In this document: positions 13,001 through 24,912 of the stretch, piece after piece
How positions within the stretch are numbered: position 1 is the first letter of the stretch
How the letters are laid out: the number at the start of each line of letters is the position of its first letter
DNA from: Dimorphilus gyrociliatus
Taxonomy: Eukaryota > Animalia > Annelida
NCBI GenBank assembly: GCA_904063045.1
Contig: CAJFCJ010000092.1
Coordinates: forward strand, 7,833 to 71,832
Length of the DNA stretch: 64,000 nucleotides
Reading direction: 5' to 3'
Notes under the pieces: generated by a model
Databases searched by the model: none
Told to the model about the DNA's origin: nothing
Seen by the model: the letters and a program-made list of their open reading frames with translations, nothing else
Program-made: the position numbers and the translations under genes

Positions 13001-15759
13001 TTTGTAGTTTAAACTTCTCTTTTGAAAAATCTTTACCTAATCAATAGTTAGGGAAAACTGCACTGGAGGATTCAGGTAAATTGTAATATTGTAATAAACT
13101 GGCAAAAGAAACTATCTATCTTTTAAGATGTTTAAATGGGAAATGCTTGAACCGAGATGAAATATATAATCATAAGAAAAATTGTCATGATAATTCTGAC
13201 GAAGAAAATCAAGATTTTAGTTAGTGCTAATGGGAAATCAAAGGGTGAAAACGTCCATTTTCTCACATAGCCACAAAATCATGGACGTTTTTCCTTGAAT
13301 TCACTATGACTAATAATTAATTCTGACTTCAAAAAATATTCAGAGTACTGTACAGATGTGGTATGTGATTCCGGTTGCACTCTTAAAGACAAAGTTTGTC
13401 ATTATGACACTGTTTGCAAAGATAAATACGACTTATGCAAAAAAGACAATGTGAAAAGTAAGTGATTTCCTTGTCAAGTATCTCTCACAAAAACAAACAT
13501 TTGAAAACTCCAAGTATTCTAACAACTTTAATTCATTTAATAGTATGCGAAAAGTTTGCTAAATTCCAACTCTCAACTAGGACATATGATAAGAAAAAAA
13601 TCTCTTCCTATTGCAAATATAAAATATTGCATAGAATTTATCCAAAATTCAATTTAGAATGTTTGTCAAGTAAATGCTCAATTGGAGAATATCAGTGCTC
13701 ATCGGATGGGAATTGTATATCTGTATTGAAAGTTTGCGATGGTATTTGGAATTGTAGGAGAGGCGACGACGAAGAAAATTGCCATAGTGAGTGGAAAAAT
13801 GAAAAAAACATTTGATAATTATTTTCAATTTTGTTTGTATTGTAGAGAATTATTTTTTAAAAGATCATTTTAAATGCAAAAATCTTGGACAGTTTATCTC
13901 ATTAAAAGACGTTTGTAACAACATAATAGATTGTAGTGATGGCAGCGACGAAATAAGCTGCGATAATGGGCAAACAATTAATAATTGCAAATATTATAGA
14001 TTAAATTTTACTATATTATGCAATAATTCAAAAATTGGAAATGATATTAATAGAACAAGATTTTTAAATTTTATGAAAAATTCTATATTCAAAAGTCTAT
14101 TGTTAATTAAATTTAATTTTCAAAGTTTGAACAATAGAGAAAAAAAATGTGAAAAAAAAAATCTTTTTCTTAAGTTTTCTTTTTTCAATAATAAATTTTT
14201 TCTTTTTTTAATAAATGCTTGAAAAAGATTATTTTTTTTTTTTGAAATATTCAACAAACAGTTATTTATATTTTGTCATTGAATATTAATAATTCAACTT
14301 TTGAACAGTTTAAAATTGAACAATATTTTCCAAATCTTATATTTTTGAACATTTCAAATTTGTATATTGAGAAAATGAATGATTCAACATCTATTATCAA
14401 TCTATCAATGCTTCAAAATTTTTATATCAAAAATATTACTATTAATAGTAATGATAACGTCATCAATTTTTCTGGACTTCCTCAATTACGTAATTTGTTG
14501 ATAAATCGAATAAATAATGAAGTATATTTAAACAGTGAATCATTTGAAAATCTAATAAATCTGGAATATTTATTAATAATGAATTGTCAAATCAAAAATA
14601 TTGAAAAAACTGCATTCAAACATATTTCAAATTTGAAATATTTTCACAGTCAATATTTTAGTATTTGTTGTTTTTTATCACAAATTTTAACTCAACAGAT
14701 TAAATGCTTTCCTACTATAACAAATCATCAAATTTGTAAAATTCTATTCGGTTCCTACGTTCTTAGAGGCTTCGCTTGGCTTTTAGGAATAACTGGCTTC
14801 TGTTTAAATATTCTATCGATTTGTTTAAGAATTACTACTTTTAAAAGACCAACCGCCGTTTTCTATTGCTCTCTGGCGTTTGCTGATCTTGTTGGGGCTA
14901 TTCATATTTTAATGCTGGCTTTTAAAGATAACGAATTTAATGATAATTATATAGAAAACGAGAATTTATGGAAATCTAGTAAAATGTGTCCTATAATTGG
15001 GTTATTTTCGACATTTTCACTTTTATTATCAACCGCAAGTCTGTTGTCTATAAATGTTGAAAAGTATGCTGATATCGACAGTATGGGTGATAGTAAATTC
15101 ACTTTTCAAAAAGTATTTGCTACGTCATTGTTTAGTTATATTTTTTCATTGGCAATGGCTATTTTACCCTTTTTAATCTATAAAGTAGGAAAAAAAAATA
15201 AAAAATGCCTTTTAACGACCCCTACTTTCGTTTTAAATTGTATTATTTAATTACCATTAGGCCTACTATCAACAATTTTCTATTTGCGTAACAATCTATG
15301 TAAATGGCGGAAGATTTGAAGGATGGATTTTTTCATTCTTAACGCATGGTGTTTGGTTATTTTTTATAAATGTTGTATCAACTATCCTTTATGTAAAGCT
15401 ATTTAAAAAAATATTCAAGGTATTACTAAGTGACGGAAAGCAAAGGAAGGTGGAACTTATTAAGCGCATTAAACTCAATATAGCTTTAGTATTAACATTG
15501 AATTTAGTCAGTTCATTGCCAATATTAATTTTGGGTTTTTGTTTTTGTTTCAATATCCATTAAATTAAATATTTCCTTACCCAAAAAAATAGGATTTCTT
15601 TCATTCATCTATAAAATAGATTATAGCGTTGTTCAATACAATTGGATATCAGTTATTGTTCTACCAGTTTATATTATAGTAAACCCATTATTCTATTCAG
15701 GAAAGGAAATATTAAAACTATTAAGAGAGAGGAAAGTTAGAAAGAGAATTGAGAGGTGA
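10046..15759 (+). CDS. GRL101-like GPCR 1: SRCR-like and C-type-lectin-like N-terminus, ~5-6 LDLa repeats, LRRs, 7TM; multi-exon
   Basis: Signal-like MNFCLLSLLLSSF at 10046. LDLa motifs include VCDGVNDCLDSGEDE, VCNHIKDCLDGSDE, VCDGIWNCRRGDDEENC and VCNNIIDCSDGSDE. LRRs are in ORF 14273. The 7TM region has LAFAD, WKSSKMC, EKY and NPLFY, with a stop at 15757-15759. Exact exon borders in the N-terminal half are approximate. Confidence 0.85.
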
Positions 15760-17306
15760 TTAATTCCATTAAAAGCTGAAGTTTATGCACAAAATACTCA
15801 TTGAAATGATTTATTCGTAGACAAATGTTTATTGATGATATAAAACTGGAAACGAATAATAAAAGTAAACATTTGAATTTTAAAGTTTTGATTGAGTCCT
15901 ACATGTATTAATAACATTTTGCTATAGATTTAATTTTTATCAAAGGATTATACACTCATTTTTTAATTGACGATGAAAAAGCAAAAGATTTGAGTGAAAT
16001 TCATGAAAAAATGCAACTAATTTCAAATATTTCAAAAATTTATGTATTTTCATTTTGTTTTTTAACTGCAATGGATTATTGCCATAGGAATTCGTATACA
16101 ATCGCTTTTAATGAAAATAATATACATTTATACGTAAATGAACCAATTATATTTCATATTTTCCTTCTTCATCAGCAAACATGATTTCTCCTTCCAGATG
16201 GGATATTTTTATTTTCCTTATGGCAATATTCAATGTTTTAATGAAGAAAGCAGTAGAAAAAACATCTTGGAATTTTGTTTATACATTAGGAAATTGCTGC
16301 AAAGGGAAACCTTTCATAGGAGAGCAAATCTTCCATTTTTAAAATTACAACATTAATTCTGAAGTAAAATGTAAATAAATTCTAATAAAACAACTAAAAG
16401 CCTTTTTGTCAACTGAAAATAGATCAAGTATAGTCTAAGTGTAGCCAATTACACTCCATGGTTCTATAATAAACTGAAAATGCTAATTTTCAACCTTGTC
16501 CTATAGTTTTCCCTCCTTAAAATTTCATTCATTCATTTATATGAAAATCTTAGAGAAAGTACTAGGAGTGTCGCACCTACTGAAATTACTTGAAAAACAG
16601 AGATTGAAGAAAGTAAATAATACACTCAAATGTTGACAGGTGATGTCCTCTTTTAGTACATTTTTTGGCCTAAAAACAGGTTTTAGTATAAATTTAAATT
16701 AAATGACAAAATTTCTAACTAGGCCTATCAGGACATTTACTGTCGAATCCACAAAGATTTATTGTATCGCAACACCTTCTGTACTGTGTTTTTTTTCTTT
16801 CCATAGATTTTCTCAATTATTAAATTTCATTTCTTTAGTGCTACAGTTTTTTGTTAATATTGAATTTAATTCTCTAATTCCTCTTGTATTGGTTAATGAT
16901 TTTACAAAAGTCTAGTTTAATGAAAGATTTTTTCAAGCGTTAAATTTTTTCAAATGCTTAAGAGACGTCTGTACTGCAATGACGTCACTTCATAATCATA
17001 AACTTTCTTTAAATTGTTCGAATATTTATATTATATTATATTTGTTTCAATGTAAGGGGGGCTAGTTTCAATTTGTTTGGACATTGAAATCACTCATTTC
17101 CTTTGCTAATTATTTTTATGTATAAAAAATATAGAAAAAGAAGAAAAAATATCTTGTCTACTACAAGATTTTGTAAAAGTTAACTAAAGGAAATGAAAAC
17201 GCCATCTCTCCCGTTGAAGTTTATTTTTAGAATAATTTAAATACAAGATTTTAATATTGTTTATATCTTAATTGATTATCCCTCTTACTGACAAACTCAT
17301 GACAGC

Positions 17307-19052
17307 CTACTTTCTCCTATTTTTCCTTGCTTTACAAAAATCAATTAAAGTGTCTGCTGCAAAATCAAATAATTCGACAACTGTTAAAACAGTAGCTCCC
17401 AATGCGAATCCTAAAGCTCCTCCAATATCTGACAATAGCATTGGCCATGTATAGGCTGGTTTTTCAACGATTTCTTCGGTTATTAGTGTTGAAAAGAATA
17501 TATTAATCACAATTAGGTCATCCAAATGGAATTTTCTTGAAGTGAACATATTTTTCAAAGTCTTTTCATAATGTGCTCCAAATCTAGATGATGAGAGCGT
17601 AGCAACAAAATTAGTACTCTGACATTGACTTATACAAGGGCATTGTGTAAATATCTCATTCTTATAATAGGCTATGGCCTCATCCCGAATGCATAGTAAA
17701 TTGTAAGGAGCGCATATAGTCCTATTACCAGTAGCTGTAATAAGGGAATTTCAACCGTCTAAAGAATATTCAATTTCAAATATTGAAGAGAAAAAAAAAA
17801 CAATTACTGATCATTTCCGGTGATATACAATTGCAATTTTGTTCTATATAACGTGAAAAGCAGTTTGAAGAGCATTGACTAAATCGATAATTCTTATCGT
17901 CATTGCAATTTCCATAAGGAGTACCAAGAAATTTGATAACTTTTAAAGCTACGGAGATTAGATATTCGCTGCCATATGATACTTTAATGCCTTTATCTAG
18001 CATTTGTGGAGCTTCTTTGGGATCGTGAATTAATATCTGTGTTTGTTGTTGTTTACGATCATTCTCTCTATTTAAAGAGGGAAATTGAACAGCTTACTCG
18101 AAATCCAGCTGATAATGAATTTGCTATTAAATAATTCTCTCTTCTTGTATCGAGAAAAAGCCTAATACCGCTATTAGAACCTGTTGATCTTGCAACCTGG
18201 TCAAAATCTGTGTGTATAGTAAAGAAAGGGAAAGAGTGAGAGTGAAAGATTTTAAAGATAATTTTTTAAATGTGTACAACTAACTTGAATTAAACTGGAA
18301 ACATAGGCCCATATCTGTTTGAACTAGGCTGAAATTTACTGAACTGCAAAGTTTCTGCTTGAAAAGGCACTATTGAAGAAAAAGATAAGAGAAAGTTATT
18401 GAATGATTAAACACAGTTTTTTAATATACAAATAAAATTGCATCCTTAGCTGTTTGACTGGCATTCTTGTATACTTCTTCCCAATCCCAATACGAATTAT
18501 TCGTTAAATATCTTGAATTTTCAGTTAAATTAAATTCTAATTTTTGCGTTACATCCGCGTGGAACAGGTGAGAATAAATCTTTTCCAAATCTTATAAGAT
18601 GTATGAATAATGAATATAAAAGAATTTCTTAATTTTCTACATTCAAAAATATTGAATTTTTTACTGAATTAACCTGTTTTCATTGCTTTTGAAAGATTTC
18701 CCGGATGAAAATATCGATTTTCGTTGCAGATTGTTACAGTTGGAAAATTAAGTTTTTTATTTGCAGTGTGTTTTGTTTGGGAGACTGTATCGTATTTTAA
18801 GTAGTATATAGTATGATCTTGAACTTGAAATAGCATAAATCCCAGTGCTAAAGATACAAGTAAAAGCCATAGAATTCTCCTTGGTAGTGAAAATCCACTG
18901 TCTGTTGTATATTTGACACCAATCACTGTTATACTTTTAGAGAGACTGTAGAATCGAGCTTTAAATATTTGCTTAAATCCAATCTTTCCCTCCTCAATTT
19001 CTTGATCAATCCTATTAAATTTCTCAACTGTACTAGACTGTTCACTTTTCAT
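17307..19052 (-). CDS. DEG/ENaC (ASIC/FaNaC-superfamily) ion channel subunit, ~7 exons
   Basis: TM1 followed by FPTVTICNEN, CLFKQKLC...TDMGLCFQFN, GIRLFLD...GFRILIHDP, the Cys-rich thumb, and TM2 LLSDIGGALGFALGATVLTVVELFD. GT-AG introns join the pieces in frame. Confidence 0.93.
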
Positions 19053-20012
19053 ACTTCTATTACTGTTGGAAGATACTTAAAAACTTCACAATTCTTTAGT
19101 ATAATACAAAACATCATCAATTACTCAGCATTTTTTAATAATAACTGCTTTAACACGAAATTATGCCGCAAATTCAAATTTTCAACATCCTTTGTCATGA
19201 GAACAATTCAATTTGTTTTAATTGATTAACAATAAAGCACAGAGGTGGCGTGTATTTTTCATTTTGTAATAATAATTTAGCCTATAATTTATTAAACAGT
19301 TTCTGGATTGTAAAAAATTTAAACATTCAAACGTTCTGTTTCTAGGCTTAGAGAATTATTATGAAATTTCCTCCAAAATGATAATTGGATTATAACATTT
19401 TTTAAATGGACAGATGCCAACCTCTCACCTTTGTTCTATTTATTAACATATAATATTTAATTAGCAGAGAGGCCATCTTGGCTTACATTTACACGTATTT
19501 TATCAACAGTTTAAATGAAACAATTAAATTGATATTATTTTCGTTATTAAATCAACAAAACGCTATCTTTGAAGGCGAATACAAGGAATCACAAGAGCCT
19601 CCCTTAGCTACAAAAGCTACATTTGTCGGGGCCGACAGAACATGTTCTCAAGTGAAATAAGGGAAATACCAGTGACCAAAATATCAAATAAGCCATTTTG
19701 TAAGCTACAATGATTTTGACGTATTGTTCTTTTACTTGTCTTGTCAATAGGCGTCTATAGATTAATCTAATAGAACTTTAAACTAATATGTAGGCCTAAG
19801 CTCTTTTGGATAAAGTACGCTGCAATTAAAATGGTAAATTAGTATTTGGATGTTAAGAACACTTTTCAAAGAGTTTTTAAATTGAAATTAATTAAAACTT
19901 CATAATAAAAAGATAATGTAAAAGTTCAAAGTGTATTCTAGTAGAAAGTGTAATATTCCAGTATTATAATGAAGCGTTAGGCCTAAACTCCCAACATACT
20001 TGCGTTACAATT

Positions 20013-20237
20013 CTAATAAGCGAATATAAATATCATTATCAATACAATAAGTTTAGTAAACATAAATAATAATAGAATACAGCAACATGCCACCTTTCTA
20101 TATCTTTTACAGAATGAGGATTTTGATTGGTTTTGCAGTCTTGTTTCGTTTTCTAAATTATGCGTATAGCCAGAATTATTGAATGGTTCCACTAAGACTC
20201 TACTTTCCACAACTTGACACTGTTTAAAAAAAAACAA
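20013..20237 (-). CDS. Possible last exon of a small C-terminally anchored membrane protein
   Basis: ORF with basic stretch KRYRK, CCC and a hydrophobic C-terminal segment. A candidate upstream GTAAG donor lies near 20248, but no convincing start was found. Confidence 0.3.
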   Translation of the reverse strand: MFFFKQCQVVESRVLVEPFNNSGYTHNLENETRLQNQSKSSFCKRYRKVACCCILLLFMFTKLIVLIMIFIFAY

Positions 20238-20713
20238 AGAAAACCTTACTGTTGTTAGGAAATCTTAGTTGGAAGAGTTGTAAGGGAACAGGACAGAAAT
20301 TTATTGATTTTGATTCTTTTCTTTCTTATAGTCATAAACCCATCCTCTGACCCTTATCTGACAGTTTTTCCTTATTAACTGTCTTATTTTAGATACGAAG
20401 ACGTTGAAACACTAAATAGAATATTTTTAAATGTTTTATCTTGTCTTACCTCGCCCATTTCTCTTTCGACATCTCTTATATGCTAATTGGAAAAAGGATA
20501 AATAGTTGTTTCCCACTTTCCCGCTAGGTGTAGTCTAGAGTACATTAACGTAAAATCAATAATTTTCCGATTTTGGCTAGAAAAACTGTATTTATGTATG
20601 TTATTGTCAATATTGATTCAACAAGTTTCTAAAGACAAAAAACTTTGTAAAAAAATCATGATATAATCCATAGTTGAAAATTAATAAGAGTGAAGAATCA
20701 TGGTGTTTTTCTC

Positions 20714-21631
20714 CTAAGTAATATTGGTAGTTGATATAGGAATAATTGTACTTTTAAAAGTGAATGTTTTCTTTATAAGGACTCTGACTTCAGCACAACT
20801 GATGAGTATTACAAATGAATTTAATACAGGTGGGCATATTATGATTATTTCCATAATTATAGAAATTCCATAACTGACAGATTTTAAATTTGAAGATAAT
20901 TTTCTCAAACAAATTATGTAGGCCATCCATAAAAATGCAACTAAGAATAATTGAAATAATGTAATTTTAGCTGATTTCGAAACTGATTGACATTTATTCG
21001 TTTGACTTTCCATTGATCTGGTGTGTTTTCTAGCCACTTTTAATACCAGAAAATAAAATATTAGACAAGGTATTATGGGTGCAAAAGAAAATCCATAAAA
21101 GGTAAAAATAGGTAAGGTTTCTATTGATATTAAACCAAAACATATTGAATTTTTATCAGCTGAAATAATTGGAATAGATGAAATGAAAACAGATAATAAA
21201 TTCACAAATATCAACGCTATCATCCTTATCTTTGTAGTACAGTAATTATAATATTTAAATGGATAGGATATAGAGAGATATCTACTGACGAATAGGCCCA
21301 AAAAATTCAATTGAGATTGAGTGTTCATTGAACCAGGAACGAAAATAATTAAAGCACACATTATGGGTGTCATTTGAATAACATAACCAGCATCCGTACT
21401 GATATTGATAAAGAAAAACCACAATACAAGTAAAATATTATTTACAGAAAGAGGCAGGATGAAATGTCCGAAAGATGACCTCGCAGATTGTGATTTTACA
21501 AAGAAGAAGATAACTGTAGAAGATAAGAAAAACCCGAATATAAGTTGCAAATAAATGATTATTTTTAATAAAACAAGTTCCGAATGGGTAATATCGTAGT
21601 CAATACGAAAACCCATATTTGAAGAATTCAT
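20714..21631 (-). CDS. Intronless orphan class A (rhodopsin-like) GPCR
   Basis: Seven hydrophobic segments. SRYLSISYPFKY sits at the DRY position, followed by TM5 FSFAPIIPCLIFY and KVARKH. The likely start is MNSSNM at 21631; the ORF extends to 21733. Confidence 0.85.
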   Translation of the reverse strand: MNSSNMGFRIDYDITHSELVLLKIIIYLQLIFGFFLSSTVIFFFVKSQSARSSFGHFILPLSVNNILLVLWFFFINISTDAGYVIQMTPIMCALIIFVPGSMNTQSQLNFLGLFVSRYLSISYPFKYYNYCTTKIRMIALIFVNLLSVFISSIPIISADKNSICFGLISIETLPIFTFYGFSFAPIIPCLIFYFLVLKVARKHTRSMESQTNKCQSVSKSAKITLFQLFLVAFLWMAYIICLRKLSSNLKSVSYGISIIMEIIIICPPVLNSFVILISCAEVRVLIKKTFTFKSTIIPISTTNIT

Positions 21632-22357
21632 TATATATTTTCTTGATTTTTCTTTTCCGTTTCTAAATTTCTGTTGCAGTTTCTGTGGGTTTCTCTCTCT
21701 GCAATATGAATAAGAGTAGTAAAGCAAGTTCATCTGGTAACTATAACTAATATTTTATGTAAATTATTTATCGTCACTTTTATCATTAAGCATCCAAGAA
21801 GTAATACAATAATGTGATTGAAGAGAGTGCTTGAAACTAAAAGTTCATTGTTCCATTGTAAACAATACCCTATATAAATATATAAAATATATTGCAATAG
21901 GCCTATAAGACTAGCTAGCAAATTGGGAACACTTTCTAGAATATTACTCTAAATGCAATGCACAACCTAATCCAGCATGCAATTGTACCTTTGAATTATT
22001 CTGCATGTAACAGTGATGTAAACAGCAGCAATCTGTGCTTTTGAAGGTACTATTGTTAATTGTATAATGCTGTCATTTGCTATGAGTATAACATTTGTTT
22101 CTGTATAAGCAAGTAAAATAAAACAAAAGACCCTGCTATATAAATAGATCACTTGATATAAAGTTATAAGTCTTTGAAAGAGTAATTACGATGTTTATTT
22201 ACAATACTGGCAAGTTAAAAACAAGTAAAATGGTGAGAGACAATCATCATTTTATCTGACAAGGAGGACACGGTTTTCAACAGTGTATAATGATCAAATT
22301 TTGGCAAAATAGTCTTGCTAATTATGTATCTTAAAATTCAAATTACGTATAAACTTT

Positions 22358-23399
22358 TTATTTGTTTTTAGTCTTGACAAAACTGTAGAAATTTTCTCCA
22401 TTTTCCTTGATATAATCAACAGTTGCAGTCTGTTTTGTTAGAGTAACGGCGACGAAAGCGTTATAACGATTATACATTTCTAATGTTGCATTCCATTTCT
22501 TTAATTCTTCGAGATGGTCAGGTATTTGAATAGTTGGAATTTGGCCACCTCCACCACTTCCTATATAGTCTACTGGATCAGTGATGGGACCTTTAAGATG
22601 TTGCATAACGTGATCGTGTCCAAAGATGTAGAAATCAACGTTATTTTCAATTAAGATAGGTCTCATATCGTTGATCAATTCAATATGATTACCGTGAAAA
22701 GATGTTGAAAAAATAGGATGATGAGCGGCTACAATATTCCAGTCAGCTTTACTATCTGATAAAGTTGAGTTTAAAAATATCAATTGTTCTTGTTTATTTG
22801 ATGTAAATAGCATAAACTCTGTGTCAACAATTACAAATAAAACTTCCAGACTGTTAACCTTCTTTGTAAAGGAATAAAAGAATTTTGGAATATTCCAAAG
22901 AGGTTCAACTTGACTAAAATCAACTTGATTCTTCCCATTGTCCAAATAATGATCGTGGTTTCCAAGTACAATTTGCCATTCAACCCTTAAAGATTGATAT
23001 GGTTTTATATATACCTGAAATTAATAATGATTAATTCATAGCCAATAATTTTGCAAACTCTTTATACAAACATCTCTCCATTTTGTATCAAATTGAGGAT
23101 CTGTAACATTATATGCTCCAACTGGATAAAAATTATCTCCTAATGTTAGAATAAAATCCAGACTATTTCCATTTGCCCAATTAGCCATACTGTGAGCAAC
23201 TTCTAATTGGCCATTTAATTCGCCAGGTTCTCTATCAACACCCCAATCGCCAATAGTAATGAATTGCAGTACATCTTCACTACAGTAAATGGATTGTAGA
23301 GCAATAACAATTGTTAACAATTTAAAACTGTGAAAAGAGAGAAAAGTTGAGAGAATAAAATTTTGAGCAATGAAAATATTTTCACTCCAACCTGATCAT
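22358..23399 (-). CDS. ACP5: Tartrate-resistant/purple acid phosphatase type 5-like, exons 23399-23392, 23327-23072, 23014-22358
   Basis: Metallophosphoesterase motifs GDWG, GDNFY, GNHD, AHHP and GHDH, with a signal peptide after splicing (MISFKLLTIVIALQSIYC). The first coding exon is 8 nt (ATG ATC AG). Confidence 0.9.
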
Positions 23400-23695
23400 A
23401 TTCTAGATGAAGTAATTATATTATTATACAAGAGAGTATTTATGTTTATTTTTATATAGTTCAAATTATCTATAAATACATTATCTTCTCAGCTGTTCAT
23501 TCCCAGAATATGTCAAATTAACTACTACAAATGAAAAGATTTTTGAGTCATATCATCTTTAACTATAGTGCATAAATATCTGCTCAAATGTTTATTATTA
23601 ATCACCGAAAAGTTAACTATAGGTCTAATATATTATGCCTATTACCTGTCCTGCCAGTTACTACTTTTTCAATTGGTATAAATACGAATTAAAAG

Positions 23696-23851
23696 GATGT
23701 CATAAAAAACGTCGACAAATTAATACTTTCACCCCTAACCCTAAGCTAACCCTCGTGTTTGCCTAACAATTTTCCGTCACACTAACCCTCAGCTTAAATC
23801 TAAATTAAAACGGAAATATGACAAATTTGCTTATAACATTTTTTCGATATC
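23696..23851. repeat. Small MITE-like element with CCCTAA-like core
   Basis: Central acccctaaccctaagctaaccct...ctaaccct motifs, with weak inverted ends (gatgtcataaaaaacgtc vs reverse complement gatatcgaaaaaatgtta). Confidence 0.35.
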
Positions 23852-24912
23852 TAGAGAAAAAAAAAGACTAGAATTCAATTGTTCAAACAAAACTGTCTTT
23901 ATAATGAAGTGTAGACCTCTTAGAAAAACTATTTGTCTACCACAACAGATTGTTTAGGTTGCAATCAAAAAAATTCTCCCATCGTATCCCAATTAACAGT
24001 TTTAAAAATAGATTAAAAAGCTACTCTGAATGTAATATGCAGTATTTCACTTTATATAGAAACACCTTTCTCCCAATGTTAGAAAGAGAATTTTCTTTAG
24101 TTGTGTATATTAGAATGGGAGGCTATGAGAAAAGAGCAAGCTATATATATTTATAGTAAAGAACTGTTAAGAATTTTGCTTAAGGGCTAAATTTTCTTTT
24201 AAATCTAAATGGAAAAAGAGCTGAAAATAGACTTTCTGTCTTTTTGAATAGTCTCGTTTTGTATTATTAAGCTAAAAACCTCTAATGGACACTTTTCTGT
24301 TGGAACAAACATAATATTTCTACAATTTCGATAATATAAATAAAGTAAACAGACAGAAAAGGATATAAAAGGTTGGTAAACAGGATTTTTCAGAATTAAT
24401 ATTGATAGATTATTTTAAGAACAATTTCTTAATTTTTTTAGAAAGTTAAGAGTTGACATTAAATTATTGGGAATAATTATAAAATCAAAAAGTTTTCATT
24501 GTTTTTATGATGTGAAAGGAATGTTCTTTTCTTTAGAAAAATTCAAAACAACAACAACTTGAATATTGTAAATTCAATATAAACAATTTTTTTGGTATAG
24601 AAATCTGATCAATATTACTATAAAAATATTTATTCTAAATTACTTGGCAACGTGTGGTTTATTGACATTTTGAAGTCTGCGACTCAATTTGCGACTGCTC
24701 AATTGCAAGTTAACAATTTATATTTATGTTTAAATGTTCTTTAAAATAGTTTATTTTTACTATTTCAATCAATCATTACTACCAGTTTATACTTTTTGGA
24801 AACCATTCTACAGGTGAGAATTTTTACAAACAAGACAAACATTTCTATTTGAATTCTAAAGTGGATTTTCTATTATCGTTTTAGCGAATTATAATATGAA
24901 ATATTAATAATA

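Noticed and set aside
15800-17250. Short ORFs between GPCR 1 and the DEG/ENaC gene
   Set aside because: No recognisable motif and no consistent spliced model on either strand.
19400-19800. ORF 19478..19660 and GC-richer patch
   Set aside because: No family signature or coherent exon chain could be built.
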